64,000 nucleotides of DNA from the human T2T-CHM13v2.0 reference genome, Homo sapiens, in NCBI RefSeq assembly GCF_009914755.1, contig NC_060948.1; one strand, given 5' to 3'. The translations under genes and the position numbers were made by a program. The notes below the pieces were generated by a model. The model saw nothing but the letters and a program-made list of their open reading frames with translations. It was not told where the DNA came from and did not search any database. Positions 28,660 to 45,015 of this stretch are shown here, in pieces (position 1 is the first letter of the stretch; every line of letters begins with the position of its first letter).

Positions 28660-29290
28660 GCTGTATGCTCGGGCTTTGTTCCTGACAAGGGAGCTAGGGC
28701 TCTCTAGTCTTTTCAGAGATTCTGTGAGATTATATACTTTATTTTTTCTTTGTCTAATCTAATCAAACTAGATTCTTCTATTTGCAGGTAAGAACCCAGA
28801 ATATATCCAGGACCCTTGGTTAAAAAGCTTAAAGAGAAAGGAAAATTCATTCATTCGTTAAATAATATATTTACTATTATTTATTTATGTTCTCTATCTT
28901 GAATAACTAACTCATTTAAAGTGTTTATTGAGCACCAATTGCACACAAACTATTAGTTTTGTGGGAGGAAAAAAATAAATAAATTAGATGGAAATCCCTC
29001 CCTCAAGGAATGTTTGTAAAGTTGATTAACCATGCTAGAAAATAGAAAGTGAATGGTGCTGTGGGAGAGATACAGAGGTATGGTAGTATTATGAAGGTTG
29101 AATGGAGAGAGGGATGAGGACAGCAGAACAGAATCATTTCTTTCAGAGATGGCATAGGAGATGAGGAAGCAAAAATTTAAAAGATTTACGCAGAAAGATG
29201 GTGTGATATGTATTTATTGAGTAGAGAAGGCATGAAGAAGAGAAACTGTATGGACAGTATAAGCAAAAAGTAGAAACAGAATATTTCTTT

Positions 29291-29580
<290 letters not shown>

Positions 29581-31772
29581 TTATGTTCACTAATGAAATG
29601 GGCAGTGCGTTGGCTCTCTTGGTGCAAAATATCATAGATGAGGTAAAGAACATGTTTAGGAATATATTCACAATTTCATGAACACAGCTAGTTTCTCTAT
29701 TCAAATCCCTGGCAGACAGGAGCAAACAGCATGAAATAAAGAAAAGCTCTACGTTTTTAGAAATAGGTACCCAACTAATACACATAAAAATTGTATTTAT
29801 AAAGCAGAATGCATATTTAATCAATCTAATCATATACAACCTCAGCTAAATTCTTCCCTAAGACATACACATACCTGCTAAGCAAAAGGAATAAGATGTC
29901 TCTAGGAAACTGCAGAAGTTAATTAGCTTCAAAAATACTTCAGATTTGCAATTAAAAATAATTTTAAATCCACAGTAGCACCTCATTAGAACACAGAGTA
30001 TGGTGATGCATTGGATTTTTTATTAAAAATTGTTCTATTTGGTCTTTATCTCAATGTTTGTGTTCAGGTATATAGCTGATTAATAATGTAAAGTGGTTTA
30101 TTAAGAAATATATTTGCATATTACTGTGAAATCATGGTGTATGAAATGGACTAAATAAAGCCTATAATGCCCAGGAAAATATTGCACACTGCGAAGATAA
30201 TATAAAGTTCAGTCATTTTATCTATAGCTTTATTGTTAAGTTGTATATGTAGATAGATGGTAGATAGATATCGACACATATATGAATTTTTACAAATTAC
30301 AGAGTTTACAAATCTAAAACCCATAATTTTTATCTCAAAATAATAAAGATTAAAATGTTAGCAATGTTCATGAATTGGTCAAAATTTTGCATCCTTGCCT
30401 TGGATTCTTGCTTATATTCATCAATTTTAATCTAGATCAAGACACTTAAATAAATGAAAATATCATATTAAATGAATTTGTTTATGCACTGCACTTCTTT
30501 TCTAATGGTATCACATGAGATAGTGGGATGCATGATTGCCATAGAATTTATGTTACTGTTCCTGTGTTTCCATGCCCAAATTAAAAATAAAATTTTATAA
30601 CAGAAATACTGAAAATGAAGAATGATGACAAATTGAGCAGTGATTTTAAAAAGACAAAAAATGTTTCAACTTTTTATAAGCAAATTAGATATATATTTTA
30701 AGAACTTTATATGAAGTCTTACATGTATCCGAATTATACTCAGGTATAAATAAATCTTAACTTCTTTATTATGTATTCAAGTTACCTGGCATTCCTCCTG
30801 AGCATCTCAAACCTCAAGATAGGGAAAAACTGTACTCAGTAAATCAAGTAAATGCATACAATGACTGTGTATTCACAAAAAATTAAAAATAAAGAAAAAG
30901 AAATAAAGTTGTTTTAGCACAATGCAATAATAAAAATAGTCACTTAAGCACAGTGCTCAAATGCTCGCTTTACTCATTTCACTTCTCTCTGCCTTTTATT
31001 ATCCAAGATGGTATCTCATGTATGAGATGGACTTTACTAATAGAACAGGCAAATGAGGAGACGTTGATTGAGAGTGTATTGAATCTATAAATAAATTTAG
31101 CAAAATTTTAAATCTCAAAAATGTTGCTTTTAATCTGGAATATGTTATATTTCTCCTATTAATATTTTCTAATTTATCTAAATAACATGTAATTTTGTTA
31201 AAACATCTTGTAATTACATTTAAATCTATATATTAGATAATTTGTATAATAACATAAATTCCATATTTTTAGATTTTATTTCTGAAGTTTTCTTTACTGT
31301 TATAGAGAAATGAAATGGGAGAAGGCCTCTATTTTTCCCATTTTACTGTAAGTCTGTTGGGTAAAGGACTGGCTCCTCAATCCTTATTGTATCAACAACA
31401 CTAAACAGGACGTGTATGACGAATACAACTTTGTTGAACCAAAGAAAGAAAATTTTGTAGGACCATATATACATATGTATCCAGAAAACTCACATCTGTA
31501 TTTTGTGTTTGCTCCTTCTTGTGACTTCTAACAGTAAGTCCTTAGCAACAGCATCCTCTCATCCTAAAATGGAAATGATATGGCCCAAATGCACAATGCT
31601 AAATTATTTGATCATAAATTGGGAGTCTTCTCTCTGAATACTAACAATAAGCATTATCTCCAATACTAACGCGTGCACAAAGTGTAATTAGATAACATTT
31701 AGAGATTGTTCAAAAGCCAAAACCACAAATAAGGCAACAATTCTAAAAATTTAATTTTCTCAACAAGGTCCT

Positions 31773-33120
31773 TTTTAAAATTATTATTATATTTAAGTTC
31801 TGGGGTACATGTGCAAAACATGCAGGTTAGTTACATAGGTATACACATGCCATGGTGGCTTGCTGCACTCATCAAACCGTCATCTGCATTAGGTAATTTT
31901 CCTAATGCTCTCCCTCCCCTATCCCCCACCAACGACATGCTCCAGTGTATAATGTTCCCCTTCCTGTGTCCATGTGTTCTCATTGTTCAACTCCTACTTA
32001 TGAGTGAGAACATGAGGTGTTTGGTTTTCTCTTCTTGTGTTAGTTTGCAGAGAATGATGGTTTCCAGCTTCATCCATGTCCCTGCAAAGGAGATAAACTC
32101 ATGATTTTTATGTCTGCATAGTATTCCGACGTGTATATATGCCATATTTTCTTGATGCATTGCAACACTGATGGGCATTTGGGTTGGTTCCAAGTCTTTG
32201 CTATTGTGAACAGTGCCATAATAAACATACGTGTGCATGTATCTTACCAGTAGAATGCTTTATAATCTTTGGCTATACAACCAGTAATGGTATTCCTGGG
32301 TCCAATGGTATTTCTAGTTCTAGATCCTTGAGGAATCACCACACTATCTTTCACAATGGTTGAACTAATTTGCACTACTACCAACAGTGTAAAAGCATTC
32401 TTTTTCTCCACATTATCTCCAGCACCTGGTGTTTCCTGACTTTTTAATGATCACCATTCTAACTGGCATGAGATGGTATCTTATCATAGTTTCAATTTGC
32501 ATTGCTCTAATCATCAGTGATGATGAGCTTTTCTTCCTGTGTTTGTTGCCTGCCTAAGTGTCTTCTTTTGAGGAGTGTCTGTTCATATACTTCACCCACT
32601 TTTTGATAAGATTTTTTTTTCTTGTAAATTTGGTTAAATCATGTAAAATTTTGTAGATCCTGGGTATTAGCTCTTTGTCAGATGGATAGATTGCAAAAAA
32701 TTTCTCCCATTCTGTAGGTTGCATGTTCAATCTGATAATAGTTTCTTTTACTATGCAGAAGTTATTTTATTTAATTAGATCTCATTTGTCAAATTTGGCT
32801 TCTATTGCCATTGGTTTTGGTGTTTTTAGTAATAAAGTCTTTTCCCATGCCTGTGTCCTGAATGGTATTGCCTAGGTTTTCTTCTAGGCTTTTTACGGTT
32901 TTTAGGTCTTAGGTTTAAGTCTTTAATCCATCTTGAGTTAATTTTTGTATAAGGTGCAAGGAAGGGGTCCAGTTACAATTTTCTGCCTATGGCTAGCCAG
33001 TTTTCCCAACAAAATTTATTAAATAGGGAATCCTCTCCGCATTGCTTTGTTAAGTTTATTGAAGATCAGATATTTGTAGATGTGTGGTGTTATTTCTAAA
33101 GCCTCTGATGTGTTGCATTG

Positions 33121-33158
<38 letters not shown>

Positions 33159-34410
33159 GCATCTATGTATAGGTGTATGTGTATATATATGCATATATAT
33201 TTAGGTGTGTGTATAAATATATATATTTATGTATAGATTCAATAGACTCTCAATATATACATATATCTGTTTTGGTACCAGTACCATGCTGTTTTGGTTA
33301 CGGTAGCCTTTTAGTTTAGTTTGAATTGAGGTAGTATGATACCTCCAGCTTTGTTCTTTTTGCTTAGGATTGTCATGGCTATGCAGGCTTTTTTTTTGGT
33401 TCCCTAGGAAACTTAAAGCAGTTTTCCTAATTCTGTGAAGAAAGTCAACGGTAGCTTGAATGGGAATAGAATGGACTCTAAATTACTTTGTACAGTGTGG
33501 CCATTTTCATGATATTATTTCTTTCTATCCATGAATATGGAATTTTTTCCATTTGTGTGTGTCCTCTCTTATTTCCTTGAGTGGTGATTTGTAGTCCTTC
33601 TTGAAGAGGTCCTTGACATCCCTTGTATATTGTATTCATAGGGATTTTACTCTTTTGGTAGCAATTGTGAATGAGAGTTCAATCACCATTTGGCTGTCTA
33701 TCATTGGGGTATAGGAATGCTTGTGATTTTTGCACATTGATTTTGTACTCTGAGACTTTGCTGAAATTGCTTCTCAGCTTAATGAGATTGCATGCTGAAA
33801 TGGTGGGGTTTTCTAAATATGCAATCATGTTATCTGGAAACAGAGACAATTTGACTTCCTCTCTTCCTATTAGAATACTCTTTATTTCTTTCCCTTGCCT
33901 AATTGCCTTTCCCAGAACTTCCACTACTATATTGAATAGGAGTGGTGAGGGGTCATCGTTGTCTTGTGCTGGCTGTCAAAGGGAATGCTTCCAGTTTTTG
34001 CCTATTCAGTATGATATTGGTTGTGGGTTTGTGATAAATAGCTCTTATTATTTGGAGATACGCTCCATCAAGACCTATTTTATTGAGAGTTTTTAGCATG
34101 AAGGGGTGTTGAATCTGTTGACATAATCATGTGAGTTTTGTCACTGCTTCTGTTTATTTGATGAATTATGTTTATTCATTTCCCCATATTGAACCAGCCT
34201 TGCATCCCAGGGATGAAGCTGACTTGATTGTGATAGATAAGGTTTTTGATATGCTGCTGGATTCATTTTGCCAGTATTTGATTGAGGATTTTTGCATCAA
34301 TATTCATCAGGGATATTGGCCTGAATTTTTGTTGTTGTTGTTGTGTCTCTGCCAGCTTTTGGTATCAGGGTGATGCTGGCCTTATAAAATGAATTAGGGA
34401 GTAGTCCTTC
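31773..34410 (-). mobile_element. 5'-truncated L1 (L1PA7/8-like) with internal microsatellite expansion
   Basis: 3'UTR taagttctggggtacatgtgca; ORF2 remnants ([19 protein letters not shown], degenerate FADD); (TG)n(TA)n block at 33121-33266. Confidence 0.92.
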
Positions 34411-34714
34411 TTTTCCTTTTTTTTTTTTTTTGTGATGGAGTTTTGCTCTGTTGGCCAGTCTGGACTGCAATGGCATGCTTTCAGCTCACTACAACCACCA
34501 CCTCCTGGGTTCAAGTGATTCTCCTCCCTCAGCCTCCAGAGTAACTGGAAATCCAGGTGCACACCACCATATCCAGCTAATTTTGTATTTTTGGTACAGA
34601 CGGGGTTTTGCCATGTTGGCCAGGAGGGGGCTGGAATTCCTGACCTCAAGTGATCCACCCACCTTGGCCTCCCAAAGTTCTGGGATTACAGGCGTGAGCC
34701 ACCGTGCCAGCCCG
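34411..34714 (-). mobile_element. AluS
   Basis: Poly-T, gatggagttttgctct...ggcgtgagccaccgtgccagcc. Confidence 0.93.
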
Positions 34715-34894
34715 GTACTCTTTATTCAACTGAAAAAAAGAATCGAACTGTTGTACTTTACTCCTGTGAGAAAGTCCAACAAAGAAGAAATCTAATAACA
34801 TCCAAATTTCCAACTGATCTTAGTAAACACTTTCACATAATCTAAGAAATAGAAAGTGCAAAAAAATTTGTCATGGACATTAAAGTGAGCCAGC

Positions 34895-35003
34895 TTCCCA
34901 GGTACTCGGGAGGCTGAGGCAGGAGAATGGCATGAACTGGGGAAGCAGAACTTGCAATGAGCCAAGATCATTGGAGTGAGACTCCAACAACAACAAAAAA
35001 AAG
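34895..35003 (+). mobile_element. Alu right-arm fragment
   Basis: ccaggtactcgggaggctgaggcaggagaatggcatgaac...gagtgagactcc plus A-tail. Confidence 0.85.
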
Positions 35004-35914
35004 ATTTGGCCTCACTGACCTCACTACTTGGAATGAAGTATCTGCCAACCATCAAATGTCAGGACACATGAGATTGAAGGAGAGAAGCAGAAGAGCAGAT
35101 TGGGAAAGGAAGATTCCTTCTACTTATACAGCTTATGTTGCCATATTTCACAGCATCCATGCACTGTTTTCATTAACCATCAGTGTCTTTGGTCTAATAT
35201 GCAGCCCAGTCCTGCCATCTGGATGGTTTAGTACACTTCTGCCAATTAAAAAGTCAAGTTTTTTTAATTACAAAAAGGTTTTTGTATTTAAGGTGACTTC
35301 CTATATTTTTGTTTGATGAAAAAGTGAGTCACTGTTACTCTTATTTCTATATTCTGGATTTCTACATCAAATTAGTATGCAGTGACCGACTTACTTTCTA
35401 AGATATCGTTCAACATTTCATTAGGTAAAATATTTTTCTGAAGGAAGAGTTTATGTGTTTCTTAATGACATATTACTTGACTTAAGATTTGGGCTAGTAT
35501 CACCATTTATGAGTTTAGGCATTGTATTTTCTTTGAAAGTTTCTAAGCTGCAAAAATTTTAATCTGCCAAGACTTCATTTGATTAACAAATATGACAGAT
35601 ATATGGCAGGCATTTCTGAAGTCAAACACATTGGCTAATGCTTTAAGAATTTAGATATTTAATAATATAATATCCAAATAACATAAATTAAACTTTGGAT
35701 GTACATCTTACATGAGTGTCTTGCAAAGCCCATATTCATTACCAAAATTGCAATCTAAAATTGTAAGTAGGCACCTCTCATTACATTTCACAGTATGATA
35801 CTGTATAAGTCAAATGATTACTTATGTTTTAATAAGAGCATTGCCAGTGGAGAAATACAGTGAAATACTACTTTAAAGCTCAACATCAGTATTTTCTTAA
35901 TGTTACAGATAGGA

Positions 35915-36250
35915 CACAAACAGAGAGGAGCTACTGTCTCTGCTGACAGCTTCAGAGGCCTGCAGAGACCTCTGAATGACTCTGCCACGGAGAAGAGCCA
36001 CCCTCTCCAGGGCTTCCCCTCTGTTAAGAACTGAACACTCTACCGGACAACCTGCCTACAGAGAGGAGCAAACCATTCCTCTGAGCTCTACTAACACTAA
36101 ATAATTTTTTTCTTCCTGTTCACCATTCACTTGTCTGTATACTACATTCTACCTTATTCTTTCCTACACAGGACAAGATCTTGGGCAAAGGCATCACAGC
36201 CGCAGACATTTCTGGCTAGAAAAAGACTGACACACTAGAGATTGGTAAAA
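35915..36250 (+). mobile_element. ERV1 LTR 3' part (LTR27/LTR28/MER52-related)
   Basis: Repeated cagagaggagc..ccctct motifs, ttcacttgtctg...caggacaaga. Confidence 0.6.
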
Positions 36251-38499
36251 ATTAACAGAATTTCTAGTTCTCAAAAAAAAGAAGTTAAGGTAATAGAGAA
36301 TATATTCATAAGTTTACAAAAACAAAAACTAATAATGGCATCTATTGTTGATGACATTGTAAGTACTAGAAGAAACGTAATTACTACAAGGTTTTTGGAA
36401 AGTAATTTGGTATTTAAATACCTATAATTTTATTTAATATTACATAAATTTAGTATTTAAACAATTTCAATACAAAGTACTTACAGCAATTGGCCCAGTT
36501 TTCACATTTTGTACCACTTACTAAATACAAATAAAATTACCAGGATTAAAAGATAAATATACCATCATGTTTATTATAGCATTGTTATTAATACTAAAGA
36601 TTTGGAATGATAGAATTTTCCTCAAAATTGGAAAGATTAAATGGTACATCCATTGAAACCCTGGTATAAATATAATATTGATTATTATGTAGCTACTAAT
36701 GCAAATAAGATTGATATATGTCTTGCTTTGGAAGAAAATCTAAAATACAGATTTTAGCAAAAGCAAATTGTAGAATATGCATGTATACTATGTGTACATG
36801 GACGTATGTATAACGGTTTCAATTTTATAAATGTGAACATAAACTTAGCCAATGTTTTATATGCAAAATCCATGAAAATTATTGTCAAACTGCTGTTAGT
36901 GGTTATATTTGAAATTGGAAGAAGAAAATTATTAACTTATTTTCCACACATCTACTTATTTTTAAATGTTACAATTATTAATTTTTTTGTAAGAGCACTG
37001 AAAAACCAACAAGTACTTCTAGTGTTTAATTTTACAGTAAAATGTAACTTGGTTAGTATGCTTACAACAATATTGTGAGTATAAATATATGCTTTTATAA
37101 AAAACTGAGTTTCATAAGGTTAAATGACATATATAATGACACATGTCAGAAAGTGCTAGTGCCAAGACTCAAAAGCAATTGTATTTGTGGTTCTGAGTTC
37201 ATGTACTTTCCATTTATCTCATTATTTCTTGGCTATGTGTTTGTGAATGTTGAATTTTTCAGATGAACACATTTGGGTGACAAATTGGATATACATTCAT
37301 TCAGTTCATGTTTTTTGATGCGCAGACAAATGAGTAAAAGTCTTATGTATCTCAGAGAATCACAATGATGACAGAAATCATATTGGTTTCAAAACTTTTT
37401 TTTTTTTTAAGAAAACCTCGGACCAAGTAGGGATGATTTTTCAGCTTACTGCAGTAAAAAATAAGAACTTTGAGGGTGGAGCCATGATGGCCAAATAGGA
37501 ACAGCTCCAGTCTAGAGCTCCCAGCGTGAGCAGTGCAGAAAATGGGAGATTTCTGCATTTCCAACTGAGGTACCAGACTCATCTCACTGGAGAGTGTTGG
37601 AAAGTGGGTGCAGGACAGTGGGTGCAGCACACTGAGCATGAGCCAGAGCAGGGTAAGACATCACCTCACCTGGGAAGCCTAAAGGGTCAGGGAATTCCCT
37701 TTCCTAGTCAAAGAAAGGGGTGACAGATGGCATCTGGAAAATCGGGTCACTCCCACCCTAATACTGCACTTTTCCAATGGTCTTAGCAAATGGCACACCA
37801 GGATATTATATCCTGTGCCTGGCTCGGAGGGTCCTATGTAGGCCCATGGAGCCTCACTCATTGCTAGTACAGCAGTCTGAGATCAAACTGCAAGGCAGCA
37901 GTGAGGCCGGGCGAGGGACACCTGCCATTGCGAGGCTTGAATAGGTAAACAAAGTGGCCAGGAAGCTCAAACTGGGTGGAGCCCATCGTAGCTCAAGGAG
38001 GCCTGCCTGCCTCTGTAGACTCCACCTCTGGGGGCAGGGAATAGCCAAACAAAAGGCAGCAGAATCCTCTGCAGGCTTAAAAGTCCCCGTATGACAGCTT
38101 TGAAGAGAGTAGTGGTTCTCCCAGCACACAGCTGGAGATCTGATAACAGACAGACTGCCTTCTTAAGTGGGTCCCTGACCCCCGTGTAGCCTAACTGGGG
38201 GGCACCTCCCCATCAGGGGCAGACTGACACCTCACACAGTCAGGTACTCCTCTGAGACAAAACTTACAGAGGAATGACAAGGGAGCAACATTTGCTGCTC
38301 ACCAGTATCCGCTGTTCTGCAGCCTCTGCTGCTGATACCCAGGCAAACAGGGTCTGGCATAGACCTCCAGCAAATGCCAACAGCCCTGCAGCTGAGGGAC
38401 CTGTTAGAAGGAAAACTAACAAACAGAAAGGACATCCACACGAAAACCTCATCTGTATGTCACCATCATCAAAGACCAACGGTAGATAAAACGACAAAG

Positions 38500-39516
38500 A
38501 TGTGAAAAAAACAGAGCAGAAAATCTGGAAACTCTAAAAATCAGAGTGCCTCTCCTCCTCCAAAGGAACACAGCTCCTCACCAGCAATGTAACAAAGCTG
38601 GACGGAGAATGACTTTGATGAGTTGAGAGAAGAAGGCTTCAGATGATCAAACTACTCCGAGCTAAAGGAGGACGTTCGAACCCATGGCAAAAAAGTTAAA
38701 AACCTTGAAAAAAAATTAGATGAATGGCTAATTAGAATAACGAATGCAGAGAAGTCCTTAAAGGACCTGATGGAGCTGAAAACCGTGGCACGAGAACTAT
38801 GTGATGAATGCACAAGCCTCAGTAGACGATTCGATCCACTAGAAGAAAGGATGTCAGTGATGGAAGATCAAATGAATGAAATGAAACGAGAAAAGAAGTT
38901 TACAGAAAAAATAATAAAAAGAAATGAACAAAACCTCAAAGAAATATAGGACTATTTGAAAAGACCAAATCTACGTCTGATTGGTGTACCTGAAGGTGAC
39001 CAGGAGAATGGAACCAAGTTGGGAGACGTTCTTCAGGATATTATCCAGGAGAACTCCCCCAATCTAGCAAAGCAGGCCAACACTGAAATTCAGGAAATAC
39101 AGAGAATGCCACAAAGATAATCCTCGAGAAGAGCAACTCCAAGACACATAATTGTCAGATTCATAAAAGTTAAAATGAAGGAAAAAATGTTAAGGACAGC
39201 CAGAGAGAAAGGTCGGGTTACCCTCAAAGGGAGGCCCATCAGACTAACAGCGGATCTCTTGGCAGAAACTCTACAAGCCAGAAGAGAGTGGGGGCCAATA
39301 TTCAACATTCTTAAAGAAAACAATTTTCAACCCAGAATTTCATATCCAGCCAAACTAAGCTTCATAAGTGAAGGAGAAATAAAATACTTTACAGACAAGC
39401 AAATGCTGAGAGATTTTGTCACCACCAGGCCTGCCCTAGAAGAGCTCCTGAGGGAAACACTAAACATGGAAAGGAACAACCGGTACCAGCCACTGCAAAA
39501 TCATGCCAAAATGTAA
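38500..39516 (+). pseudogene. L1 ORF1, disrupted
   Basis: ATG at 38500 is followed immediately by TGA; the C-terminal ORF 39175-39516 (FQPRISYPAKLSF) is ORF1p. Confidence 0.93.
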
Positions 39517-39579
39517 AGATCATTGAGACCAGGAAGAAACTGCATCAACTAATGAGCAAAATTACCAGCTAACATCATA

Positions 39580-43376
<3,797 letters not shown>

Positions 43377-43699
43377 ACAATAAGAACACATGAACACGGG
43401 AAGGGGAACATCACACACCAGGGCCTGTTGTGGGGTGGGGGGAGCAGGGAGTGATGGCATTAGGAGATATATCTAATGCTAAATGACGAGTTAATGGGTC
43501 CAGTGCACCAACATGGCATATGTATACATATGTAACGAACCTGCACATTGTGCACATGTACCCTAAAACTTAAAGTATAATAATAAGAAGAAATTTAAAA
43601 AGTAAGAGCTTTGCATTCAGGCCATTCCAGCTTCAATTTCCAAATGAGTCTTTTATTAACATTTCACTGGTAAATATCCATAAGCCACTATCAACCACT

Positions 43700-44060
43700 C
43701 AAGACAAAACACCAAAGGACTATCCTCAATTTCTTCCTTCCTTAAAACTTTACATCAAATCCAAAATTAAGTTCTGCTAAACTTAGTTTAATATCACTGG
43801 ACTATGCTCTGCTCTCAATATCCACTGTAAATCCAAGCCACCTTATATTTTGCTTCATCTACTGCAATAGCTTCCCTAAAGTTTAACACCTTCTCACTTT
43901 TGCCTTCTCAAATTTATTCTCTATAATATTCCCTTTAAAAAAAATGTACATTATATTAAGTCACTCTTCTTAAGGAATGTTTGTGGAGGATATGTCTCAG
44001 AAAGTAACTACTTGATTTACCAGCATGCAAAAGGCCCTCATGATGTGGCTCCTGTCTCAC
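43700..44060 (+). mobile_element. L2 fragment
   Basis: tccaagccacc...ctactgcaatagcttccctaa...tcactcttcttaa, L2-type motifs. Confidence 0.5.
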
Positions 44061-44524
44061 GCTCTAGCCTCATATCTCAGGCCCACCCCTTATTCCAGAG
44101 TCAATAATATTTCATTCATGTTGCCCATGTTTTCTAGTTCTGTCTTGGTTCAGAGCTTTCCCCCTCTGCTTTTTCCCATACCATTTTCTGTTAGTCTTCT
44201 TAGAGCTGACCCTTTCTTCTTCTTCGGGCCTTAGATTACACTGTATTTTCTCACAGTTCTGGACTTCAGAATTCTGAAGTGGGTTCAGAAAATTATAATC
44301 AAAGTGTAGGCAAGGCTGCATTTCTTCTAGAGTCTCTACCAGAGAGTCCATTCACTTTATTTTTTTGTAGTATCTAGAAGCCGTTTTGCCTACCACATTC
44401 TTGAACACTCACCTTATTTTCTTCTCCAAGTCTTGCTAAAACCATCCACTTTTTAAATTTCTCAAATATTGAATTATCTCTGCTAATAAAGCCTTTTTGT
44501 CTTTCCTTTTAATTCCTTGAACAC

Positions 44525-44800
44525 ATTTTAAAGAAGAGTTTTAAGGTCCTTGTGTGTTAATTCCAATATCTGGGTCATGGTAGAGTCTGACTTCTTATTT
44601 GTCTCTCCTATGTCAATTTGCTCCTGTTTCTTTATATGCCTAATAACATTTTTCTGTGAACTGCCGTTCCCCTTTAGAGAATGGATTTGTTTTCTTTCTC
44701 TGAAGAAGGTTGACATTTCTTCTAGCAGAAATTGTTGGCTAGTCATACTGATGCTGTAGAACCTTTGTCTTATACTTTATTGGGATGAGACTGTTTGGAT
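44525..44800 (-). mobile_element. Ancient L1M 5'/ORF1 fragment
   Basis: MTQILELTHKDLK resembles the ORF1 N-terminus of old L1M/HAL1 elements. Confidence 0.55.
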
Positions 44801-45015
44801 TTTTTCCTTATTCTTATTGTGAATTCTTTATTCCTGGCTTATAGATTTTCTTCCTAATGTGTAACCTTTCTGCAATTTCAATAGGAAGCGAAAGGTTTTT
44901 GTCTACTCTCTAACTTAGTGGGACTCAAACTCTACTACCCTAAGTTCAACTACCAGTAGTTTGAGTTTCCTAACTGAGGTATTGCTCCTTACAAGAGGGC
45001 ATTAGCTGTGGGGGT

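Noticed and set aside
28770-28795. Second AG|GT recursive-splice-like motif (tttgcag|gtaaga)
   Set aside because: The context resembles the terminus of an old MLT1K/L-type repeat and the pyrimidine tract is weaker; likely coincidental
33121-33266. (TG)n(TA)n-rich block as a separate insertion
   Set aside because: L1 sequence is contiguous on both sides; simple microsatellite expansion
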